Assembly: GCA_964525555.1 (NCBI GenBank)
Contig: CAZGHN010000003.1
Location: 160 to 64,159, forward strand
Direction: 5' to 3'
Source: an uncultured bacterium
Lineage (GTDB): Bacteria > Hydrothermota > UBA3072
Length of the DNA stretch: 64,000 nucleotides
The notes beneath the pieces are model-generated. The model searched no databases. It had not been told where the DNA came from and saw only the letters and a program-made list of their open reading frames with translations. Position numbers and translations under genes: made by a program. Of the stretch, positions 25,794 through 33,753 are shown piece by piece; positions within the stretch are counted from its first letter, which is position 1; each line of letters begins with the position of its first letter.

Positions 25794-26779
25794 GTACTAA
25801 AGAAACATTTCCTTCAATAAAGTTTACTGTCGAATCCGATGAGGATATTTATCGGATTCGTTCGGAGATGGCTAAATTTGCTAATAAGATAAGTCTTACA
25901 GCAAAGGAGATAGAAGAACTTAAAATTGTTATAACTGAAATATCAAAAAATATTATAAAACATAGTTCCTCGGGTAAGTTAATAATTTCTTTCGGGCATG
26001 GTGAACAAAGAAGTGTACATATAGTAGCTGAAAATCCTACTGATAATTCTGATACTACCGAAATTTTTGATGACGGATACAGTACGGCAAATACTCTCGG
26101 CATAGGATTGGGAGCTGTTAAGAGATTGCTTACTGATGTTAAGGTTAGGGTCGAAGAAGGAAAATTTATTCTGACGGGAGAGAAGGTGTTTGTCGATAAA
26201 AATAAAAGTATAATACAAACCAGTGTTTATAGTCGTCCGAAACCTGGTTTTAGAAGCAATGGAGACGCCTACTTTATAAAAAGATATGAAGATAAAGCAA
26301 TAGTTGCTGTTATAGATGGTATTGGTCATGGAGATAAAGCTAATGAGGCAAGTAGAATTGCTTTAAAAGTACTTGAAGATAAGTTTAGAGATGAACTTGA
26401 GCAAATAGCAGTTACGGTGCATAGAAAATTGCATGGAAGTAGAGGATGTGTTATGGGTATTGTTCGTATGGATAAAGAAGGTAAGATTGAATACCTGGGA
26501 GTGGGAAACATTCGTACGCAGATATACACTGCAGAAATGTATAAACGACTTGTTTCTTTTGATGGATTGTTGGGCAGCAATATGAGAACCGTAAGGACTG
26601 ATCGTCTCATCCTCACTACGCCTTGTTTAATTGTGTTGCATTCGGATGGTGTGTCTTCTTTTAATTTTGACGATAAACGTATTATTTATAGGCCAATTAT
26701 GGAGGTTGCAAAAGAATCTTTCGAGAAACACAAGAAAAGTTCTGATGATGCGACTCTATTAGTTGCAAGAATTCCATAG
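25790..26779 (+). CDS. PP2C/SpoIIE-type phosphatase (RsbX position) with an N-terminal degenerate RsbT/RsbW-like domain
   Basis: The N-domain keeps the N box (EISKNIIKH) and G2 (GYSTANTLGIGLGAVKRL), but the G1 position reads AENPTDNSD. The C-domain has PP2C motifs: NGDAYF, VIDGIGHGDKA, LHSDGV, DDATLLV. Confidence 0.75.
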   Translation: MSTKETFPSIKFTVESDEDIYRIRSEMAKFANKISLTAKEIEELKIVITEISKNIIKHSSSGKLIISFGHGEQRSVHIVAENPTDNSDTTEIFDDGYSTANTLGIGLGAVKRLLTDVKVRVEEGKFILTGEKVFVDKNKSIIQTSVYSRPKPGFRSNGDAYFIKRYEDKAIVAVIDGIGHGDKANEASRIALKVLEDKFRDELEQIAVTVHRKLHGSRGCVMGIVRMDKEGKIEYLGVGNIRTQIYTAEMYKRLVSFDGLLGSNMRTVRTDRLILTTPCLIVLHSDGVSSFNFDDKRIIYRPIMEVAKESFEKHKKSSDDATLLVARIP

Positions 26780-26802
26780 TAAGAAAAAAGAAGGAGGATT
26801 TA

Positions 26803-27657
26803 ATGGTGAAGAAAGAAAAGAACAAAACGGACCTTGAGAAAAAACTAAAAGCACTGGAGAAGGAAAATAAAGAATTAAGATTAGACAGAAATTTGCTAAA
26901 TTCTCTTTTAAAACATGTGCCGGAAAACATATATTTTAAAGATATAGAGAGCAGATTTATCAGAGTAAGCGAAGCTTTTGTTGATTATTTGGGTTTTGAT
27001 AGAGCCAAGGAGTTGACCGGTAAAACTGATTTTGATATTTTCGATGAAGAACATGCAAGCCCTGCCTACGAAGATGAACAAAAAATAATAAAGACTGGCG
27101 AATCAATACAAAAAGAGGAAAGAGAAGTTTATCCCAACGGAAGTGAGAAGTGGGTTGAAACTACTAAATTTCCCAGATATGATAAAAAGGGCAAAATTGT
27201 GGGGACTTTTGGTATCTCTAGAGATGTTACAGAAAAGAAACTCTGGGAAACGGAAAGAGAAAAGAAGTTAGAAGCTCAGAGAGAGGAACTGATAGAACTT
27301 TCAACTCCTGTAATAGATGTATGGGATGGTGTCCTTACGGTTCCCATATTAGGTTCTTTAGATAGCGAGAGAGCATCGAGGGTTTCAGAGGCTTTGTTGA
27401 CTCAGATAGTAGAAAAGAGAGCAGCGATAGCAATAATTGATATTTCCGGTATTAGCGCTGTGGATAGTGCTGTTGCTGATAGATTGATACGTACGGCAAA
27501 AGCGGTGAGGTTGGTCGGTGCTGAAGCGATATTAACCGGTGTTGGAGTGGAAATTGCTCAGACGATTGCAGATCTGGGAATTGATATGGAAGGTCTAAAA
27601 ACCATGTCTACATTAAAAGACGGTTTAAGATACGTGATTTCTTCACATACTAAGTGA
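26803..27657 (+). CDS. RsbR-like paralog 4: coiled coil, PAS(A), STAS
   Basis: HVPENIYFKDIESRF..GKTDFDIFDEEHASPAYEDEQKIIKTG.. PAS(A) type, then STAS. SD GAAGGAGGA upstream. Confidence 0.8.
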   Translation: MVKKEKNKTDLEKKLKALEKENKELRLDRNLLNSLLKHVPENIYFKDIESRFIRVSEAFVDYLGFDRAKELTGKTDFDIFDEEHASPAYEDEQKIIKTGESIQKEEREVYPNGSEKWVETTKFPRYDKKGKIVGTFGISRDVTEKKLWETEREKKLEAQREELIELSTPVIDVWDGVLTVPILGSLDSERASRVSEALLTQIVEKRAAIAIIDISGISAVDSAVADRLIRTAKAVRLVGAEAILTGVGVEIAQTIADLGIDMEGLKTMSTLKDGLRYVISSHTK

Positions 27658-27779
27658 TGACCTTTTAATAATGTCATAAAGTATACAAAGACGCTTTTAA
27701 TTACTATGTAATATAAACATTTTTTTCTTTATACACATAATAAGTTTTTACGATTATAGGTTAAATCCGAAAAATTATA

Positions 27780-27807
27780 TTGACAATTTGAGATAGATAC
27801 GTAAAAT
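27780..27807 (+). promoter_or_regulatory. sigma70-like promoter candidate for the second signalling tier
   Basis: TTGACA (27780-27785), 16-nt spacer, TAAAAT (27802-27807). Confidence 0.45.
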
Positions 27808-28023
27808 ACATTATAAGACATTAGAACAGAAAATGCATAATATGAGTAGCCTTGTTAAATTCAAATGTTAATTTAATGGTATTTTTCTGTTTTATAAAAG
27901 GGTGAAAGTTTTTATGGCACTAAGAATTTTCTTACATGAAGGATTTCTTCGAAGAGCGACTTATTTTAAAATTGAATTTTTTGGAATGTTTTTATATTTA
28001 ATGATAAGCAAAGGGGTGTTTAG

Positions 28024-28809
28024 ATGAATAAAAAAACCAGAGATTATGAAGAAGGTGATAATATTACGGTAATGAATGTCCTTCTGATTGAAGATGCTTC
28101 GTTTGCAGTTACTTTTATTAGAGAAACGCTTGCTTATTGTGAAGAGGCTGAATTGGTTAAAGCTACTAAATTTGCGTTAACCAATGTAGAAACTCTCGGA
28201 GAAGCACTTAAATGTCTTTCAGAGAACCAATTTGATCTTATTCTGCTTGATTTGAATTTACCCGATAGTAAAGAATTAAACACTCTCGATAGCGTGAGGG
28301 AAAATGCGCATAAAGTTCCTATAGTAGTTATAACAGCATTAAGTGATGAAGGTCTCGCTCTTGAAGCTATGAAGAGGGGAGCTGAAGGTTTTCTTGTTAA
28401 AGGCCAAATGGGTGTAAATGCCCTTTTGCAGGCAATTTTCTTTGCCGTAGAGCGTCATAGGATTTTGATTAAATTGGAGGAAAAAATTCGAGCGCTTAAA
28501 AGGAGCGAATCCAGATTTAAAAATATAATAGAAAAAATAGAAGATGCGATTATAGTTGCTGATAAACAAGGCGTAATTCAATTTACGAATATTTCCTCGA
28601 AAGATTTTCTTGGATCATCTCCTGAAGATCTTTTAGGTGAGAAATTTAAGTTTCCTTTGGAAGTTGACAAAACGAAAGAAATCGAATTAAAAGGAAAAGG
28701 AAAAAAGGTAATCAAAGCAGAAATGAGAGTGATCGAGACACAATGGGAAGGTGACGGAGCATATCTTATTCTGCTCAGAGAAATTAAAGTTGGTAAAAGC
28801 AAAAAATAA
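28024..28809 (+). CDS. response regulator: receiver domain plus PAS domain
   Basis: REC: VLLIEDA..LILLDLNLPDS..VVITAL..GFLVKG. C-terminal PAS: FKNIIEKIEDAIIVADKQGVIQFTN... Confidence 0.75.
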   Translation: MNKKTRDYEEGDNITVMNVLLIEDASFAVTFIRETLAYCEEAELVKATKFALTNVETLGEALKCLSENQFDLILLDLNLPDSKELNTLDSVRENAHKVPIVVITALSDEGLALEAMKRGAEGFLVKGQMGVNALLQAIFFAVERHRILIKLEEKIRALKRSESRFKNIIEKIEDAIIVADKQGVIQFTNISSKDFLGSSPEDLLGEKFKFPLEVDKTKEIELKGKGKKVIKAEMRVIETQWEGDGAYLILLREIKVGKSKK

Positions 28810-28825
28810 TTTATAGGAGAGGATT

Positions 28826-29371
28826 TTGCCTGATTTATCTGTTCATGTCTCCCGTGGTTGCCTTGTCGTGCCTATTCAGGGAGATATAGATGAAGAAATA
28901 ATGCATAATATTCAAAAGTTAGTTTTGTCAGGAGTCGAAGAAACGGGCGTCAAGGGAGTGGTAATAGATTTATCAGGAGTTAAGATTATAGATCCTTATA
29001 ATGCGGGTATTATCGATAAAACCGCTAAGATGATTAATTTATTGGGAGCCAAAACGGTACTTTCGGGGATTAAACCGGGGGTGGCTATTGCGCTTTCGGA
29101 TTCTCATTTTGAATTTGAAGAAATTTTTGAAATCGCGAGGACTTTCGAAGATGGAGTCGAAAAACTCCAATCTGTAGTTGAAGCCCACGAGATATTGCAG
29201 TCAGAAAAAGAGGAGACGGAGGAAGAGGATGAAGTTGCATTTGAGAAGGAGAGGATAGTAGATGAAGAGGTGATAGAGGTGGATGAAGTTAGTACAAAAG
29301 AGCAAATTGAGGAGAGCGAATATAATAAGACAGAATCTCCTCCTGAAGAGGAAAAGCGAGACTTTGATTGA
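28826..29371 (+). CDS. RsbS/RsbV-like STAS protein with a long acidic C-terminal tail
   Basis: [45 protein letters not shown]. Pro replaces the phospho-acceptor Ser (IIDPY versus IVDSF). About 60 aa of Glu/Asp-rich tail. TTG start after AGGAGAGGA. Confidence 0.7.
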   Translation: MPDLSVHVSRGCLVVPIQGDIDEEIMHNIQKLVLSGVEETGVKGVVIDLSGVKIIDPYNAGIIDKTAKMINLLGAKTVLSGIKPGVAIALSDSHFEFEEIFEIARTFEDGVEKLQSVVEAHEILQSEKEETEEEDEVAFEKERIVDEEVIEVDEVSTKEQIEESEYNKTESPPEEEKRDFD

Positions 29372-31488
29372 TGTTTGCACTTGGTAAGATTTCCTTAAAA
29401 GATAAAGAATTTCTTATTGAAAAGAGAAATAAACTGCTTGATTTGGCAGTGGATCTCGGATTTGGAGAGGTTACTGCGATAAGGCTTACAACTGCCGCTT
29501 CTGAAGTAATTCGTAAGATTGCGGGATCCGGCAATGATTCTGTAGTTGAATTTTTTATTGATGAAAGGCAGGGCAAGTTTGGATTGTTAGTTCGATTTAT
29601 TTCCGGTAACGGTGTTTCAGAAACAGCTGAAATCCTCCAGTGTATATTCGATGAGGTGGAATGTTCTTTTTCTGATAACGGAAAAGAGATCTTAGTTGCA
29701 TTTAAATTTATTCCCGATTATTATTTTAAGCCAACTGAAGATTTCATAAATCAAGAGAGAGAAAAAATAGGCCGTCTTACGCGTGATGAATTATTCTTTG
29801 AACTCAAGAAATCATATTCGGAACTTGAAGAGGAGATTGAAGCCCATAAAGAAACAGAAGAGATGTTGAAAAGTGCAAAGATACAGGCAGAATCAGCCAA
29901 TAAAGCCAAAAGTGAGTTTTTAGCTTCCATGAGTCATGAGATTCGTACCCCTATGAACGCAATTATTGGAATGACTGAACTCCTTTTGGATACATCCCTT
30001 TCTAATGAGCAGAAGGGTTTTGTTGAAACACTCAGTAAGGCGGGAGATGCTTTACTTTCTTTGATAAATGATATACTTGATCTTTCTAAAATTGAAGCTG
30101 GTGATGTTGAACTAGAGAAGACGAATTTTGATCTTGCTGAACTTATTGAGGGGACCTGTGATGTTATGGCAGTTCGTGCCAGAAAGAAAAGTATAGAGTT
30201 TTTAAGTAGAATAGAACCTGATGTACCGATAAATTTAGTTGGCGATCCTGCAAGACTGCGTCAAATAATAGTCAATCTTATCGGGAATGCGATAAAATTT
30301 ACCGATGGAGGTGAGGTTGTTCTCAATGTGGCACTTTTGAAAAAAGGAGATGCCAGTTATTGTGGATCGGAGAGGGAAAAAAATATTTGTTTGCTATTCT
30401 ATGTGAAAGATTCTGGAATTGGTATAGCTAAGGATAAACAGGATAAAATTTTTGAAAGTTTTAAACAGGCAGATTCTTCGACTACAAGAAGATATGGTGG
30501 AACCGGTCTGGGCTTGAGTATTTCTAAAAAAATTACGAAATTAATGGGTGGTAAAATGTGGGTCGAAAGTGAATTAGAGAAAGGAAGTAAATTTTGCTTC
30601 ACTACTGTTTTCAAACCTCAGAAAGAGAAAGGGGAAGAGACATTTATTAAGCCGGGAGAAATCGATGTTAAGGGTATTTCTACTTTGATTGTCGATGATA
30701 ACGCAACTAACAGGCTGATTTTAAGGGAAATTCTGGCAGCGTGGGAAGCCAAAATAACGGAGGCTTCCGGAGGAAAAGAAGCTATTTCTATAATTAAATC
30801 GGCTTATGAGAAAAACAACCCATATGAACTGGTTCTTCTAGATTGTCGTATGCCGGAAATAGACGGCATGGGTGTGGCAAAGTTTTTAAGAGAACAAAAA
30901 AACTCTGAGGAAACAACAATAATGATGCTGTCTTCTGATTATAAGCCGAATGATTTAAAGCAAATAGATAGATATGGCATTGGCGCATATCTTTTAAAAC
31001 CTATAAAGAGAAAAGAATTGAAAAATGCTATTCTAACAACACTTGGTCTATGGAAAGCTCAAATTGGTAAAGAAAAAAAGATAAAGGAAAAGAAAGTGGA
31101 GGTTTCTATACCTGTTTTGAGAGTGTTGCTGGTTGAGGACAATCCTGATAATCGTTTGTTGGTAAAAGCTTTCTTGAAGAAAACTCCGATAGAAATAGAA
31201 GAAGCAGAAAATGGCCAGATAGCTGTTGATAAATTTACTGAAAATAAATATGATATAGTTTTGATGGATATGCAGATGCCGGTAATGGATGGTTATACTG
31301 CTACCAGGACTATTAGGAAATGGGAGACTGAAAACGATAAAGAGAAGACGCCTATTCTGGCTTTGACTGCTTATGCAATGAAGGAAGATAGAGATAAAAC
31401 ACTGAAAGCCGGTTGCACTGATTACCTTACGAAACCTATAAAGAAGGAAAAACTTATGGAAGCGCTCCGAAGATTATCAGGCAAATGA
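29368..31488 (+). CDS. hybrid histidine kinase: degenerate RsbT-like N-domain, coiled coil, HisKA, HATPase_c, REC, REC
   Basis: N-domain [22 protein letters not shown] resembles the RsbT N-terminus but lacks the N, G1 and G2 boxes. H box SHEIRTPMN; N box GNAIKFT; G1 DSGIGI; G2 GGTGLGLSI. Two receivers ([11 protein letters not shown]; [11 protein letters not shown]). 4-nt overlap with the STAS gene. Confidence 0.8.
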   Translation: MMFALGKISLKDKEFLIEKRNKLLDLAVDLGFGEVTAIRLTTAASEVIRKIAGSGNDSVVEFFIDERQGKFGLLVRFISGNGVSETAEILQCIFDEVECSFSDNGKEILVAFKFIPDYYFKPTEDFINQEREKIGRLTRDELFFELKKSYSELEEEIEAHKETEEMLKSAKIQAESANKAKSEFLASMSHEIRTPMNAIIGMTELLLDTSLSNEQKGFVETLSKAGDALLSLINDILDLSKIEAGDVELEKTNFDLAELIEGTCDVMAVRARKKSIEFLSRIEPDVPINLVGDPARLRQIIVNLIGNAIKFTDGGEVVLNVALLKKGDASYCGSEREKNICLLFYVKDSGIGIAKDKQDKIFESFKQADSSTTRRYGGTGLGLSISKKITKLMGGKMWVESELEKGSKFCFTTVFKPQKEKGEETFIKPGEIDVKGISTLIVDDNATNRLILREILAAWEAKITEASGGKEAISIIKSAYEKNNPYELVLLDCRMPEIDGMGVAKFLREQKNSEETTIMMLSSDYKPNDLKQIDRYGIGAYLLKPIKRKELKNAILTTLGLWKAQIGKEKKIKEKKVEVSIPVLRVLLVEDNPDNRLLVKAFLKKTPIEIEEAENGQIAVDKFTENKYDIVLMDMQMPVMDGYTATRTIRKWETENDKEKTPILALTAYAMKEDRDKTLKAGCTDYLTKPIKKEKLMEALRRLSGK

Positions 31489-31509
31489 ATCTTTTTTAAA
31501 TAAATATAT

Positions 31510-32247
31510 ATGAAAGATAATAGAAAAGATGAGCAATCGGTAAATACGGAAAAAATTAAAAAAAAGAAGAAAAAAATCCTTATAATAGAAGATGATGAAA
31601 AATTTGCACGTGTCCTTTCGAAACAGCTTGAAAAGAACGGCTACGAGGTATCTAACGCGGGTAGTTTTTCTGGTTTTCTGGAAATTATATTAAAAGAAAA
31701 ATTTAATTTAATATTGCTTGACCTTGGATTGCCCGATAGTTCCGGACTCGAAACTTATGAAAAGATATCTAATACGGTGGGAGATATTCCCATTGTAGTA
31801 TTAACCGGGCTTGATGATGAGGAAATTGCAGTTGGAGCTGTTAAAAAGGGCGCGCAGGATTATCTTGTTAAAGGTGAAGTCGATAATAGAGTATTATTAC
31901 GTTCTCTTGATTATGCGATTGAGCGAAGCAGGTTATTATTCAGTTTGAAAAAACTTCAGGAGTTGGTGCTACAGTCGGAAAGGATTAAGGTTCTGGTGGA
32001 AACTGCCGGGGCAGCAGCGCACGAAATAAATCAGCCTTTAACTTCTATTTTCGGTATGTTGGAAATTTTGAAAAAGGACTTACCCGAAGACTCTTCAGTT
32101 AGACAAAAATTGGATTTTATTTTTGAGGCAGCCTGTCAGATAAGAGATATCATAAAAAAGATGGGGAGCGTAAAACAATATATAACGAAACCTTATTTGA
32201 AAGGTGTGGATATCGTAGATTTTGAAGAAGCAGCGGAAGACGAATAG
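31510..32247 (+). CDS. receiver domain fused to a stand-alone DHp/HisKA-like domain (no ATPase domain)
   Basis: REC: ILIIEDD..LILLDLGLPDS..VVLTG..DYLVKGE. H-box-like AAAHEINQPLTSI. The protein ends about 70 aa later with no N/G boxes. Confidence 0.65.
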   Translation: MKDNRKDEQSVNTEKIKKKKKKILIIEDDEKFARVLSKQLEKNGYEVSNAGSFSGFLEIILKEKFNLILLDLGLPDSSGLETYEKISNTVGDIPIVVLTGLDDEEIAVGAVKKGAQDYLVKGEVDNRVLLRSLDYAIERSRLLFSLKKLQELVLQSERIKVLVETAGAAAHEINQPLTSIFGMLEILKKDLPEDSSVRQKLDFIFEAACQIRDIIKKMGSVKQYITKPYLKGVDIVDFEEAAEDE

Positions 32248-32299
32248 ATTCTTCGAATCTAAGTTTATTGGTTAATTGGTTGATTGGTTTATTGGTTAC
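32247..32299. repeat. stutter run plus gattcttcgaatc palindrome
   Basis: gattcttcgaatc (also at 50124-50136 and, reversed, at 2646-2657), then tttattgg ttaattgg ttgattgg tttattgg ttac. Confidence 0.65.
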
Positions 32300-32405
32300 A
32301 GAAAAAACTTCATCTTTCTTGTGTCTTTGCGGTAAATGTTTTTCTACTAATTTTCTAATTAACTAATTGCCTAATATACTATTTCCGCTAAGGCGGAAAT
32401 CCTCC

Positions 32406-32433
32406 TTGACTTTTTCTCTAGTAGTTTTATCTT
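32406..32433 (+). promoter_or_regulatory. weak sigma70-like promoter candidate for the V-ATPase operon
   Basis: TTGACT, 16-nt spacer, TATCTT. Preceded by hairpin atttccgc-taag-gcggaaat. Confidence 0.3.
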
Positions 32434-32560
32434 GATTTAATGGATAAAATTACCCTTGCTATTTTATGGTTTTTCATATTTATAAGAGCTGTCATTTTCT
32501 TTGGACTTATCTATTTTATTGTGGTTGAATATAGAAAATATAAAAAGAAACGAGAGGAAG

Positions 32561-32875
32561 ATGAAAAACGGAATTGAGGAAATTCTTGATATTGAAAAGA
32601 AAGCAAGGAAGATAATCGACGAAGCGCAAGCGAAATCAGATAACATAAGAAGAGAAGCTGAGAAGGAAGCGAAAAAGATTGTAGCGAATGCAAACAAAGA
32701 AGCTAAATCAATAATTGAAGGATATAAGTTAAGACTTTCTAACGTTCAAAAAGAGGAACAAAAGGAAGTTGAAAAAAAGGGAATGGATTTGGAGAACGAC
32801 TGGATAAAAAATTATAAAGGAAAAAAAGATGAGCTGTTATCGAAATTAATAGCCTCCTCTATGAAAATAAAATAA
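32561..32875 (+). CDS. V/A-type ATPase peripheral-stalk subunit (G/H-like coiled coil)
   Basis: MKNGIEEILDIEKKARKIIDEAQAKSDNIRREAEKEAKKIV.. is a typical stalk coiled coil. Start set at ATG 32561 after GAGGAAG (the track starts at 32501). Confidence 0.5.
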   Translation: MKNGIEEILDIEKKARKIIDEAQAKSDNIRREAEKEAKKIVANANKEAKSIIEGYKLRLSNVQKEEQKEVEKKGMDLENDWIKNYKGKKDELLSKLIASSMKIK

Positions 32876-33753
32876 TGTATTATTCTATTTATTCTAAATT
32901 AAGAGCGATATATTCTTTTCTTCCGGATCGGGAAGATATCGAAAGCTTTCTCAATGTGCAGAGTACTTCGGGTCTTGTAAACATTCTTACTAAAACGAAT
33001 TTCTTGAAGAGATTTCCTGTTACAGATAAGGATTTGGAATCGCATTTGAAGATGATTCCTTTTTCTCTTGCAAAATTTGTAAGAAGTCAGATACCGGATA
33101 CCTCGGCTCTTTTCTTTGATTCTTATCTTAGAAGTTATGAATTACAGGATATTAAAAATATAATTCATGGTGGACAGGGTTTTTTTGTTGATGAATTACA
33201 TGGCAAAAAATTTAACATTCAAGAATTGAACGATTTTATGCAAAAGAGATTCTGGAAAGACTGTTGGAATGTTGCATACTCGAAGTATAAAAACACTCTG
33301 AGAAAAGTTGATATTGAAATTTCTTTAGATCATTGTTATTATTCTTCTTTCCTCAAGGATACGGATTATCTACCTTTTGAAGATAAATACCAGACAATGG
33401 AGCTTATTTTTATTCTTATTAATTTTAAAAATAGACTCAGCTTGCATCGTCTTAAAAATATTTATAATTTGGAAGGTTTCGAGCTAAAAAAATTTCTTAT
33501 TCCTGAAGGTGAAATTTTAGAAAGTATCGAAGAACAGAAAGGGTTACTTGAAAATACTTTCATAAAAGAATTTACACATATTTGCTATCGGGATTTTAAA
33601 TTCAAGATGTATTCTATGAGAGCAATTCTAGCTTTTTTCTTTCTCCTGGCAATTAGAATAAATGAAATTCTCTCTATTTATAGAGCTAAACCATTAGGAT
33701 TTGATAAAGAACGACTTAAGGATATTTGGGGTGGGGTTTATGTGGGTTCCTGA
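32875..33753 (+). CDS. ntpC: V-type ATPase subunit C (eukaryotic d-like)
   Basis: 292 aa, helical. Position and length fit subunit C; 1-nt overlap with the upstream gene. Confidence 0.6.
   Translation: MYYSIYSKLRAIYSFLPDREDIESFLNVQSTSGLVNILTKTNFLKRFPVTDKDLESHLKMIPFSLAKFVRSQIPDTSALFFDSYLRSYELQDIKNIIHGGQGFFVDELHGKKFNIQELNDFMQKRFWKDCWNVAYSKYKNTLRKVDIEISLDHCYYSSFLKDTDYLPFEDKYQTMELIFILINFKNRLSLHRLKNIYNLEGFELKKFLIPEGEILESIEEQKGLLENTFIKEFTHICYRDFKFKMYSMRAILAFFFLLAIRINEILSIYRAKPLGFDKERLKDIWGGVYVGS

Noticed and set aside
20942-32247. A classical sigma-B type cascade (RsbU/RsbV/RsbW/SigB)
   Set aside because: No sigma factor, no RsbU-type N-domain phosphatase and no RsbV/RsbW pair were found. The extra STAS and kinase-like domains are fused to, or adjacent to, two-component proteins instead.
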